64,000 bases of DNA, taken from positions 32,001 through 96,000 of IMG/VR virus record IMGVR_UViG_3300024312_000003; one strand, given 5' to 3'. The notes beneath the pieces are model-generated. The model was not told where the DNA came from, searched no databases, and saw only the letters and a program-made list of their open reading frames with translations. A program made the translations under genes and the position numbers. The DNA comes from a virus. Below, one piece after another: positions 46,348 through 55,380 of the stretch; positions within the stretch are counted from its first letter, which is position 1; every line of letters starts with the position of its first letter.

Positions 46348-46872
46348 TTAAACTACTAGTTTTTCTCCTTTTGAAATGTGTTTCACAACTGATTGACTCG
46401 GATTATACATCCGAATACAGATCAGAGCGGAAAGTACTGTATTCTTGTCTTTATTCTTGATTCCTTTTCGAAGAATCCTCAGACTCCTAGCGATGTCCGT
46501 CGTGATGGAGATGATCAAGTTTTGATATGCTCGACCTTTTTCGCAAACACATTCTTCGTTAAAGATTTGTTGTTTTTCTTGTTCAAGAATTTTCCACATT
46601 CTTTTGTACGTGATACCGTCTTCTACGAACGTGGCTGCGACTTTAGAATACTCTGGAGGTATCATGTCGCTACTGCTGAAATCTGAAATGATTTCAAACA
46701 GTTTGTCTTCTACTTGTTGTAATTTCTGAAAAAACTCTTCATACATCGTCATAGAGACAAAAGGTTTCTTCAGTTCCAGATTGATGCTTTTCAAACCCTG
46801 ATGAAGTTTCACGATGTTCCGGCGCAATGCGTCGGTGGGTTTGAACATCGCTTCAAATTCTGCGTTTGGCAT
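46348..46872 (-). CDS. Hypothetical helical protein
   Basis: 174 aa ORF. Confidence 0.65.
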   Translation of the reverse strand: MPNAEFEAMFKPTDALRRNIVKLHQGLKSINLELKKPFVSMTMYEEFFQKLQQVEDKLFEIISDFSSSDMIPPEYSKVAATFVEDGITYKRMWKILEQEKQQIFNEECVCEKGRAYQNLIISITTDIARSLRILRKGIKNKDKNTVLSALICIRMYNPSQSVVKHISKGEKLVV

Positions 46873-46898
46873 TCTTATTTCTTTTCCCTGATGGCTCT

Positions 46899-47336
46899 TT
46901 ATGAGCCGGATGGAATTAGACCATTGATTGTTGATGTACTTCGGATTTTCTTACCGCCAGCATCACCACAGATTTCAAGAGTGAAAACATCTGTTTTATC
47001 CACGTTGCCTTTGTAAGTAATCCAAACTGATCGATCTTGTTTTTGCAGATTGGGATCACGAATGATCTCATATGCTACAACCATTGCTTGTAGAAATGGT
47101 CGTACATTCATTTCAAAAGAAGGATCAATACCAAGCCCTTCTTTAACCTTTGCCCTGGAATGGTCAATTCGTTTATTGACCATTTCAAACAAATGAAAGT
47201 TCTTGGTTGTGATCTTGGAACGACGAATGACTGGATAATCTTCATCATGTTCCTTGCGCCATTGATGAGCAAACTCTAGCAAAGCAGCATTGAGTCCTCC
47301 ATCAATGAACTTATTAAAAATACGCAACTTATTCAT
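46899..47336 (-). CDS. Hypothetical protein
   Basis: 145 aa with GAGGA RBS. Confidence 0.65.
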   Translation of the reverse strand: MNKLRIFNKFIDGGLNAALLEFAHQWRKEHDEDYPVIRRSKITTKNFHLFEMVNKRIDHSRAKVKEGLGIDPSFEMNVRPFLQAMVVAYEIIRDPNLQKQDRSVWITYKGNVDKTDVFTLEICGDAGGKKIRSTSTINGLIPSGS

Positions 47337-47461
47337 ATTGTCCTCTCAGTACTGCCTTTTATAGCTCAAAGCTTAAAATAAACGCTCAGCTATAAAAGGA
47401 CTTAGAAAAAAGAAAAGCTAAATAAAGAAATACACTAAGCTAATGCTTAGTGTTCAATGTA

Positions 47462-47477
47462 GTTATATGTAACTGAA
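47462..47477 (-). promoter_or_regulatory. Putative early promoter (TTCAGTTACATATAAC)
   Basis: Recurrent motif. Confidence 0.55.
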
Positions 47478-47497
47478 ATTTTTTTCATTAGAACGGC

Positions 47498-47529
47498 ATA
47501 AGAGGTAGGGTAATTACCCTACCTCTTAT
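47498..47529 (-). terminator. Intrinsic terminator
   Basis: ataagaggtaggg-taatta-ccctacctcttat. Confidence 0.75.
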
Positions 47530-47537
47530 ATTGCTTT

Positions 47538-48008
47538 TTAGCGAGCCACTGGATCAAAACGGCTAACACCACTCACACGACTCGTTGAAACATGTTGGTA
47601 CGTGTGAGAATTGTTTTCGATTCGCTTTTCAATATCCGCCAAAGACGTACCCTTGGCAAGCTCATCGAGCATGAACTTCATCTTGACTTCAGCCTTGACC
47701 GTCTCTTCATAAATTAGAGCCAATTCGTTACGCATGACTTCACTGCGAGCGGCATCAGCACGCATGATTGCAGCGTGTCGCAAACTCGAGATACGAGCAT
47801 GTTCTTGCTTCAAAATCTGATCTGCCAGCTGTTGCTGAATCGTAGGTTGACGACGATTAAAAACCATCGCAAGCCAGGTGAACGGAAAGATTACCACTTC
47901 CATGATTTTTTCAACAGGACCAATCTTTCGCATTTGATCATTGTTGATCAATTCGTCCTGACGAAGGAAAGAGCGATGTGCAAAAACAGAAGTATTGGAA
48001 GTATTCAT
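47538..48008 (-). CDS. Hypothetical protein, codon-biased, one hydrophobic segment
   Basis: 156 aa with VVIFPFTWLAMVF. Confidence 0.65.
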   Translation of the reverse strand: MNTSNTSVFAHRSFLRQDELINNDQMRKIGPVEKIMEVVIFPFTWLAMVFNRRQPTIQQQLADQILKQEHARISSLRHAAIMRADAARSEVMRNELALIYEETVKAEVKMKFMLDELAKGTSLADIEKRIENNSHTYQHVSTSRVSGVSRFDPVAR

Positions 48009-48047
48009 TTATTACTCGCTATTCTCTTTAAAGAGGTTGAGGATTGA

Positions 48048-48686
48048 TTATTCACACACAAGAGTATCACAATCTTCTTGAACGATCGCTTTACTCGTTT
48101 TCTTTTGAAACCAAGAAACAGGGATGCTTATTGTCATCTCTTCTTTTCCAGAAACAAAAACAGTTATTTTGATATTTCGAGTTTGAACCTCGATGTTGAA
48201 GTTTGTGTTCTTCTCACCTGCATGATGCGTGATGACTTCGAAAATAGCTTTTGCCAAGTTCTTAGTCTTAGGTTTAAGAAGCTCGCCGCTGTTTCGAAGA
48301 AGAGCATTCATTCGAAGCGGACAGATATTCGAGATTTTAGACCCAGGAGAAGAAAACGGAATCAATTCATGGTTTATTTCTTGTTCGTACGTTTGGTGAG
48401 TCAGTTGTTTATTCCTGTAGTACAACTGTTGTTGACCCAAAACCACACCGCTATTGTTCAAGAACAGAACGATGATTGATTCATCTTGTCCTTTACCATG
48501 AACGTAATTTGTTTGAAATGCTGCGACCAACTTATTTGTTTTCTGGTCTTCAAATTCTTTGCACTTTGAGAAAAGAAAACCAATGATCTCTGATGCTTTT
48601 TCTTCAGTACAAAAATCAATGATTGCGGATCTCAGATTAAAGAGTCCTTTGAATTGAGTCTTGTCCAGGGACTGCAAAGTAGACAT
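48048..48686 (-). CDS. Hypothetical protein
   Basis: 212 aa with AGGA RBS. Confidence 0.65.
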   Translation of the reverse strand: MSTLQSLDKTQFKGLFNLRSAIIDFCTEEKASEIIGFLFSKCKEFEDQKTNKLVAAFQTNYVHGKGQDESIIVLFLNNSGVVLGQQQLYYRNKQLTHQTYEQEINHELIPFSSPGSKISNICPLRMNALLRNSGELLKPKTKNLAKAIFEVITHHAGEKNTNFNIEVQTRNIKITVFVSGKEEMTISIPVSWFQKKTSKAIVQEDCDTLVCE

Positions 48687-49024
48687 ACTTGATCCTATTG
48701 CTTAACGTTATTTTGTTTAACACTCACAGCAATACTGATGATTTTTACTCACCAGTGACTCATTGGAATAGTTGTCTGTGTAAAAAATAAATAAGCACAC
48801 AGACAAGTGACATAGATTACTCCATGTCACTGAAGTCATATGTGTTTATAAATCTTTTGATTTCAGTTTGTATACAGTTCGTCCATTTTTGAATAAACTG
48901 CCAATCCATGAATGCGTTTGTAATTCTGAAGCAGTTCACCGAGCTTAGGAAAGCCTTGCGGTTTACCTCCGCAATCATTTGCTAATTCAACAATCTTAAC
49001 TGCGAATTCATCGGGTGAATAAAC

Positions 49025-49219
49025 TTACCCATTAATAGAAGCTTCTGCCGATTGACAGTTAGATTTCTTATCTTTGAGAAGTTGTTTCAGTTCATCGATC
49101 GTCAAAACAAAATCACCTACTTTGAATCGCTTGTTTTTCAACTCTTGTGAATTGAAAAACTCATTATCAAACAATTCAATTATTGTCGACAGAAAAGCAA
49201 TGTTATCGCCATTGGTCAT
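49025..49219 (-). CDS. Hypothetical protein (frame stays open after the TAA)
   Basis: Start moved to MTNGDN with AAGGAAG RBS. See finding. Confidence 0.5.
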   Translation of the reverse strand: MTNGDNIAFLSTIIELFDNEFFNSQELKNKRFKVGDFVLTIDELKQLLKDKKSNCQSAEASING

Positions 49220-49260
49220 TTTAGCTTCCTTAATAAAAGCGGCATAAAAGAAGGAGTTAA

Positions 49261-49288
49261 GAGACGAGTAGTTGCCGCTACTCGTCTC
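49261..49288 (-). terminator. Intrinsic terminator-like hairpin
   Basis: gagacgagtag-ttgccg-ctactcgtctc. Confidence 0.7.
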
Positions 49289-49419
49289 CCCCACGTCGGC
49301 AATTTAACCTTCCCAGGTATTGATCCAGCATTCCTTCTGGACTTGATTACGACGATTACTGTTTGTAGAGACTTTTGGCCGTTCTCTACACATTAGTTAC
49401 TGATGTGGTAAATAAATAC

Positions 49420-49761
49420 TCACATGCGATAACTGAAACCAAGAATTGAGTTTTTAGTTTCAATAGTCAGCATGATTTGTTGCCCAACAAAATGAATGGA
49501 TATGATCCTCACACCTTCAACGTGTTTAACAGATTCATTGAGCTTATTCATCGCTTCCTTTTGATCTACGTTGTTGAGGATAGATCGAAAGTATTTCTGA
49601 ACACCACAATATTGTTCATAGACTTTACTCAGTAGTCCATAAACTTTCAAATATACGAATTCTGGAATTTCCAATTTCTGTACTTTTCCAGTCTTCATGA
49701 TTTCGACTTCAGAGGCAGCGTTATCGATGTCTCGGATTCGATTAGTCAATTCACAATGCAT
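49420..49761 (-). CDS. Hypothetical protein
   Basis: 113 aa ORF. Start uncertain. Confidence 0.5.
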   Translation of the reverse strand: MHCELTNRIRDIDNAASEVEIMKTGKVQKLEIPEFVYLKVYGLLSKVYEQYCGVQKYFRSILNNVDQKEAMNKLNESVKHVEGVRIISIHFVGQQIMLTIETKNSILGFSYRM

Positions 49762-50251
49762 TATTTTTCTTATGGACGATGTTATCGGGGGTTATGTATT
49801 CATTATTCAAATATGCGATCTGACAAATATCTGAACGAAATAATTGAAGATACATACATACCTGATTAAGAATCTTCAATAATTCTTCGTAACCAGACAC
49901 TTCTTCTGTTAAACTATTGTTCTTGTCCTGAGCTTTCTTGTGCAACAGTTGAATTTTACCAGAAATATAGTTTACTTCTAAAACACGATTTATGCGTTTA
50001 ATAATGCATTGTAGGTGATGCTTATGCTCGATGTCATTATATCGAGAATGCAGAGCCATTGCGATTAAATATAGACTGTGTAGTCTATTATGGATGTCTA
50101 ATTCAACTGAAACACACCGACGTTTCAAATTATTCAAGTCATTAATTTTTTGAATTTTACCACATTCAAAAAGATAAGCTTTATACCGATTATCTTGCTT
50201 TTGTTTTTCAAGATCACCGGTTATCGTACCTGTTGTATTTTGAGTTTCCAT
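49751..50251 (-). CDS. Hypothetical helical protein
   Basis: 166 aa ORF. Confidence 0.6.
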   Translation of the reverse strand: METQNTTGTITGDLEKQKQDNRYKAYLFECGKIQKINDLNNLKRRCVSVELDIHNRLHSLYLIAMALHSRYNDIEHKHHLQCIIKRINRVLEVNYISGKIQLLHKKAQDKNNSLTEEVSGYEELLKILNQVCMYLQLFRSDICQIAYLNNEYITPDNIVHKKNNAL

Positions 50252-50253
50252 TT

Positions 50254-50520
50254 CTAATTCAATTTTCGATTATTGTAAGTTTGATTACACTCATCTTGAT
50301 GATAGTAATCCTCGGCATAGCTTACAGCGGACGCTCTACCAGTTAAGACTAGCCATGCGTGATATAGTCTTTCTTTAAGAGTAAGCCAGCCTCCGTATTC
50401 TACCGGCTTAGCAATAAACCAAACGTATCTACATTGAGATGGTTTGCTTTTGTCAGTCACACACAACTGAACTGAACAATTTGAATCTTTTAAAGAATCA
50501 ATTAGTTGAGGTTTTCGCAT
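50254..50520 (-). CDS. Hypothetical protein
   Basis: 88 aa with LKERLYHAWLVLTGRA and GGAG RBS. Confidence 0.6.
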   Translation of the reverse strand: MRKPQLIDSLKDSNCSVQLCVTDKSKPSQCRYVWFIAKPVEYGGWLTLKERLYHAWLVLTGRASAVSYAEDYYHQDECNQTYNNRKLN

Positions 50521-50536
50521 AGGTATCTCCAGTATT

Positions 50537-50552
50537 GTGATATGTGACTGAT
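50537..50552 (-). promoter_or_regulatory. Putative early promoter (ATCAGTCACATATCAC)
   Basis: Variant of the recurrent motif. Confidence 0.5.
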
Positions 50553-50558
50553 ATATTT

Positions 50559-50888
50559 TTAATACCTATTAGTACCTTCTACTGCACGCTCTAGTCTGTC
50601 TTTAGTTCTTTTTGCAAAAGCTTCATTTGCTTTGTTCAGGTGAAAGATAGCTTCGTCATTCTCACAACAAGGAAGAATGTTGTTCAAAATCTTTGTTCGA
50701 TCAAGCAAAATCTCAAGAAGAATTTCATTAGTCAAACCATTCAATCCAGCATTATCGATTGGACCTGATTGAAAATTTAATTTGATCTCTGTCCTATTAG
50801 CAAGATTGACAGTGTAATTAGTTCCTTGCTTACCTTTGCTTTCATCAAGAATTACAGTATCACAAGTTTCGTAAACCAAACGAGGCAT
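50559..50888 (-). CDS. Tad1-like anti-defence sponge protein
   Basis: FQSGP...NGLTNEILLEILLDR...ENDEAIFHL......KRTKDRLERAVEGT matches the Tad1 family pattern as recalled. Confidence 0.7.
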   Translation of the reverse strand: MPRLVYETCDTVILDESKGKQGTNYTVNLANRTEIKLNFQSGPIDNAGLNGLTNEILLEILLDRTKILNNILPCCENDEAIFHLNKANEAFAKRTKDRLERAVEGTNRY

Positions 50889-50897
50889 GATATTTCC

Positions 50898-52919
50898 TTA
50901 AGATAATAATTGATTGAACTCGGTTTCACTCAAAATGGGAACTCCGAGTTTCTCGGCTTTTTGATACTTTGACTTTGGGTTTAATCCAGCAATCAAATAT
51001 GAAGTGTTTTTAGAAACAGATCCCGACACTTCACCACCATTGGACTTAATGATGGATTCATAACTTAGTCTTGGTTTGGATAAAGTTCCGGTTATAACAA
51101 ATGATTTACCAGAGAAGATATTGCTTACAGTTTCAACCTTGTCATATTGAATATTAACCAGGTTACTTAGTTCAACAATCTTATCCAGATTGTTTTTGAT
51201 GTAATTGATTACACTTGTTACTCTAGCTGGTCCAAAGCTATCAACCAAAGACAATTCATCTGCAGTTGTATTGATAAGCTCATCGACATGCTTAAAACGA
51301 TCTGCTAGTTTTTCAGAATATCCTTTATTGATACCGTCTATTGCTAGGGAGCAAATAAATCTAGAGAAAGAAACATCTCTGGATTTGTTAACCTGATCAA
51401 TTATGTTCTGAATTGTTTTATGTCCGTAACCAGCCAGTCTTCCAAGTACATTGTAATCAACTTTATAGATATCATTAGGCTCAGCAATAGCGTTTAAATC
51501 GATCAGATCGCTTATGGTTGCTTCTCCGAGACCATCTATGTCCATACACTGCTTCGATACGAAATAACTCAACCTGGTGAGTTTTTGATCGGGACACTTA
51601 AGATTGCCTGTACAGTAATGATCTGCTCCATCTTTTATAACAGCAGAACCACAAGACGGGCAACCGATTGGCGGAGTGTAGATTACCTCAGATCCATTAC
51701 GCATGTGTGTAACCGGCTCAACGACTTCAGGAACAACATCGCCCGCTCTTTGAACCACCACCCAATCGCCGATTCTCAAATCTTTTCTCAAAATTTCACC
51801 TTCATTGTGCAGTGTGCAATTGCTAACCGTCACACCGCCAACAAACACAGGTTCCAATTTAGCAACAGGATTAATTGTTCCTGTTCTTCCGACTTGATGA
51901 TCGATAGATAGTAGTTTTGTAATTACCTTCTGAGGCTCAAACTTATAAGCGAATGCCCATCTCGGAGCTGTTAGAGTATTACCCATCAGTTGCCGATGGT
52001 GTAAATTATCGATCTTGTAAACAATACCGTCTATTTCAAATGGTAAATCATTTCTGATTTCTTCTTGTGTTTTGAAATAACTCAAACAATCATCAATGCC
52101 TCTGAGTAGACGACTGTGTTTTTCAACATCTTCAAATCCGAGTAGTGAAAACAACCGAATATTGATGTGGTGTGATGTAACAGCAATATCCAAATCACTT
52201 CCACGAGTGTTCATTGCGTAAGGCATGAACATGGCGTCAGACATTTCTGCGTATTTTGTATCGAGTTGTCTGATAACACCAGCAATTGCGTTTCTGGTGT
52301 TCTTATATGGTTTTTGTTTATCTTTTTCTCTCTCAGCATTTAGAATACTCATACTGGACTTTGGTAGAATTATCTCACCAATAATTTCCAATATAGAATA
52401 TTCCGAACCTTCTTTTATATTTTTTATTTTCTTAGGAACATTTTTTATTTTGCTAACGGTGTGTGTTACGTTTTCACCTTCGACACCATTACCTCTTGTG
52501 ATTGCTTGCGATAGTACTCCATTGACGTAAATTAACTTACAAGATAATCCGTCATACTTTAGCTCAGCAACCATGTCGACAAAACTAGGTTGAATTTTAA
52601 GCAGATTGCAAATTGCAATAATTTTAGAAAATGCTTCGTCACGATTGAGAGCATTATCAAGGGACAGCATGGGTGTCTCGTGTTTGACTGCTTCTAGTTT
52701 CGTGGTGAAATCAGAACCCACCAACTGAGTAGGGCTATCGCTATCAATCAATTCAGGATGCTGTCTTTCGATTGACTCTAGTCTTTTCTTAAGCGAGTCG
52801 AATTCTTCATCACTGATGACGGGATCATTTAGATCGTAGTATTGTTTACTGAAATGAATCAGATTTGATTTCAGTTCTTTGTACTCTTTAGAAATTGATC
52901 CCGTCATTTTAAAACTCAC
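50898..52919 (-). CDS. ligA: NAD-dependent DNA ligase
   Basis: PMLSLDN, ELKYDG (adenylation Lys), TRGNG, DGIVYK, AYKF, VGRTG, Zn finger CPSC...C...C and C-terminal BRCT. Confidence 0.97.
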   Translation of the reverse strand: MSFKMTGSISKEYKELKSNLIHFSKQYYDLNDPVISDEEFDSLKKRLESIERQHPELIDSDSPTQLVGSDFTTKLEAVKHETPMLSLDNALNRDEAFSKIIAICNLLKIQPSFVDMVAELKYDGLSCKLIYVNGVLSQAITRGNGVEGENVTHTVSKIKNVPKKIKNIKEGSEYSILEIIGEIILPKSSMSILNAEREKDKQKPYKNTRNAIAGVIRQLDTKYAEMSDAMFMPYAMNTRGSDLDIAVTSHHINIRLFSLLGFEDVEKHSRLLRGIDDCLSYFKTQEEIRNDLPFEIDGIVYKIDNLHHRQLMGNTLTAPRWAFAYKFEPQKVITKLLSIDHQVGRTGTINPVAKLEPVFVGGVTVSNCTLHNEGEILRKDLRIGDWVVVQRAGDVVPEVVEPVTHMRNGSEVIYTPPIGCPSCGSAVIKDGADHYCTGNLKCPDQKLTRLSYFVSKQCMDIDGLGEATISDLIDLNAIAEPNDIYKVDYNVLGRLAGYGHKTIQNIIDQVNKSRDVSFSRFICSLAIDGINKGYSEKLADRFKHVDELINTTADELSLVDSFGPARVTSVINYIKNNLDKIVELSNLVNIQYDKVETVSNIFSGKSFVITGTLSKPRLSYESIIKSNGGEVSGSVSKNTSYLIAGLNPKSKYQKAEKLGVPILSETEFNQLLS

Positions 52920-52921
52920 TT

Positions 52922-53356
52922 TTAAATCGTTCCATAAAGTCCAATTAGTCTCTGGACAGCTCGTTGATCTTCAGGATCACAATTCTTACTGGCTTGCTGA
53001 AGCAGTGATCCGTTCTCATGTTCCAGCGTGATTGTAAACTTTGTGATTTTTGAAGCCATTGTTCGAATGTAGTGACAAATCACAACTCTATTGACAACAT
53101 CCATGCTATACGACAAACCCGAACACAGAAGAGCCTCATCGTCTCTTTGGAATTTGGTTAAAGTTTCATCGTTGTGTAGTTCTACCAAACGCTGATAGGT
53201 GGGTTCGTATTTTTGTCTCAGCTCTTGAGCTGGATTTAATTCAGCATTAAAATTACTGCATTCTAGAGCAGTCTTATTAAGCAAAGTAACTAGTTGACGA
53301 AATGCCGAATCAGTCAACATCAGCTTCTTGGTGACTCTGGAAGGAATTTTAAGCAT
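52922..53356 (-). CDS. Hypothetical protein
   Basis: 144 aa ORF overlapping the upstream gene. Confidence 0.55.
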   Translation of the reverse strand: MLKIPSRVTKKLMLTDSAFRQLVTLLNKTALECSNFNAELNPAQELRQKYEPTYQRLVELHNDETLTKFQRDDEALLCSGLSYSMDVVNRVVICHYIRTMASKITKFTITLEHENGSLLQQASKNCDPEDQRAVQRLIGLYGTI

Positions 53357-53762
53357 GTTGGTAAATCGTATCGTTATTAGGATGCGGAATTAATTCACCT
53401 TTGTATTCAACAGTCCGCCCATTCTGCTGAAGGTAACTAACCAATAAGTTTGTAAAAAGATATCGATGACAAAAGTTTCCAGCCGGACAATAGCAACCAA
53501 GTACTATATCTTTTTTATTTAGAAATTGATCCCACAATGACCTGTCTGTTTGCAGACTATGCATCATTTTCTCATGGTATCTTCTGGAATACTCTAACAT
53601 TCCTATTTGACCGCGTCTGTATTCGTAGAGGTCTTCCCAAGTTGGTGAAAAGGCTTGTATTCCTGATTTAACAGTTATATCAGTTATTTGAAGACCGAGA
53701 TCTTTAGCATATCTCCATCTGGCCATTTGTATGGTCCAGATCCATATAACATCATTACTCAT
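53349..53762 (-). CDS. DUF488-like protein
   Basis: AFSPTWE...EYSRRY...IVLGCYC....CHRYL pattern. Confidence 0.55.
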   Translation of the reverse strand: MSNDVIWIWTIQMARWRYAKDLGLQITDITVKSGIQAFSPTWEDLYEYRRGQIGMLEYSRRYHEKMMHSLQTDRSLWDQFLNKKDIVLGCYCPAGNFCHRYLFTNLLVSYLQQNGRTVEYKGELIPHPNNDTIYQHA

Positions 53763-53826
53763 GATTGCTTGTATAGTTAACTATACTAATTGAGCAATCT
53801 GTAAAAAGTAACGAAATGAGCAGCAT

Positions 53827-53851
53827 AAAAGAGAGGATAACCCTCTCTTTT
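53827..53851 (-). terminator. Intrinsic terminator
   Basis: aaaagagagg-ataac-cctctctttt. Confidence 0.7.
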
Positions 53852-53853
53852 AT

Positions 53854-54381
53854 TTATTTTGGACTAACGTTAACTTCACTGACGTCGTCGGGATATATAT
53901 TTGAAAATTCCCAATTTGGAAATAGAAGATCAATACCAGCCCAATTAACACTCAATGAGATTTGCCAGTCATTAAAAGAAATATCGTAGACGTACCGAAT
54001 ATGTGAATCTTCGGAATCAGAATCATCACAGTATCTAAATCCTTCTACTTTAAATCCTGGATTTGTTCTACATATCTCATTGAAATATCCATGAATACCA
54101 AATCTACCGCTTGAATAGATAAGCTTACTAAAAACAATACTTAGATTATCTTCAATGTTTTCAAAAGTATCTGAACTTTTAAGATTATGAATCTGAGCAT
54201 TTCTCAATCGGATACTAGGAATAATTTTCCTTTTTTTGATATCCGTAAGCGATCTTAAACTATCTAGAACTTGTTTTAAATTGCTAAGATAGGTTCTGTC
54301 GGTTTCTGAAATATACCGATCAGGAAACTTGATTCTATATGTGATGTTCTTGATAACATCAGTGGCATTAGTTGTCAACAT
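53854..54381 (-). CDS. Hypothetical protein
   Basis: 175 aa ORF. Confidence 0.6.
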   Translation of the reverse strand: MLTTNATDVIKNITYRIKFPDRYISETDRTYLSNLKQVLDSLRSLTDIKKRKIIPSIRLRNAQIHNLKSSDTFENIEDNLSIVFSKLIYSSGRFGIHGYFNEICRTNPGFKVEGFRYCDDSDSEDSHIRYVYDISFNDWQISLSVNWAGIDLLFPNWEFSNIYPDDVSEVNVSPK

Positions 54382-54383
54382 TT

Positions 54384-54599
54384 CTATTCTTGTTTAAATT
54401 CAGTTACAAACTTACCGTAATTGTCAACACCAAGTTTCTTCAGATCAGTCATCACTCCATTATCAGAATCAACTACTTTGAACGCTTTAGCATAAGCGCT
54501 TGATTCCAATAATTTACACATGTTATCCAAATCTCTGGATGATGCGCAAGAATATTCAGATCTGTTGTTTTCTATGGTTTGTACAATGATGGTTAACAT
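54384..54599 (-). CDS. Hypothetical protein
   Basis: 71 aa ORF. Confidence 0.55.
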   Translation of the reverse strand: MLTIIVQTIENNRSEYSCASSRDLDNMCKLLESSAYAKAFKVVDSDNGVMTDLKKLGVDNYGKFVTEFKQE

Positions 54600-54601
54600 A
54601 T

Positions 54602-55078
54602 TTAAATTTTCGTTACTCCGGAGTCTGACGATAATCGATCATGAATGATGTCAGTTGCTTTACGGATGTGTTTAGCAGGAACGTTAAAGATTACATCCAT
54701 GTATAGATCCAAAAGCATGTTCATGGCATGTTTGTCATCGTCTGGAATAATGTAATCTTTATTCTTTGCTTGGTTTTTAATGGTGTTCTTGATGACTTCA
54801 CAGATTTCAATACAGAATTCATTGGCTTGACCGCCAAGAATACCTGGAACACTAACTAGCGCATTGATTGTGTTGTAGACATCAAGCAGTTGATTTCTTT
54901 TAGTCAAATCTAGTTTATTGGATAACAAACTAGTAATTGCTTCTTGAGCTATTTCTACTCTTTTTAATTGTTCCGATTGACTTAACAAAGCAACTGATTG
55001 TTTTGCCAGTTCTATCGTTGATTTATAGTTTGCAATTTTTATATTTGACATATTTCTAATTATTTTAGTACAATGCAA
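54602..55078 (-). CDS. Hypothetical helical protein
   Basis: 158 aa ORF. True start probably MSNIK. Confidence 0.55.
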   Translation of the reverse strand: MHCTKIIRNMSNIKIANYKSTIELAKQSVALLSQSEQLKRVEIAQEAITSLLSNKLDLTKRNQLLDVYNTINALVSVPGILGGQANEFCIEICEVIKNTIKNQAKNKDYIIPDDDKHAMNMLLDLYMDVIFNVPAKHIRKATDIIHDRLSSDSGVTKI

Positions 55079-55314
55079 TCTTTGATTTCTTCAGGGAAAT
55101 AAAACTTTTTGTTGTTCTTAAAGTTAGAGTCAAGAATGATGGTGATGTTTTTAATATTACCATCTATGTTAGTCAGTGTAGATACAATGCCCTCGTGCCA
55201 AATACTACTTTGTTTTAAACAGAATTTAACCAATGTACCTACTAAAGGTATTTTACACTCTTGTCTAATCTCTTCGAAAACAGCAGCCATGTTAACTCCG
55301 TGAGAATAAGTCAC
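55060..55314 (-). CDS. Hypothetical protein
   Basis: 84 aa ORF. Confidence 0.5.
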   Translation of the reverse strand: MTYSHGVNMAAVFEEIRQECKIPLVGTLVKFCLKQSSIWHEGIVSTLTNIDGNIKNITIILDSNFKNNKKFYFPEEIKDCIVLK

Positions 55315-55380
55315 ATTAAATGGTGAAGTAATAAAAACTATTTTATGAGTTGTTTTGATTCAACTTCTAAGGAAATAAAA

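Noticed and set aside
11982-52919. Inteins or self-splicing introns in the nvRNAP subunit, DnaB or LigA
   Set aside because: The ORFs are continuous, of typical length, and show no intein termini or homing-endonuclease motifs.
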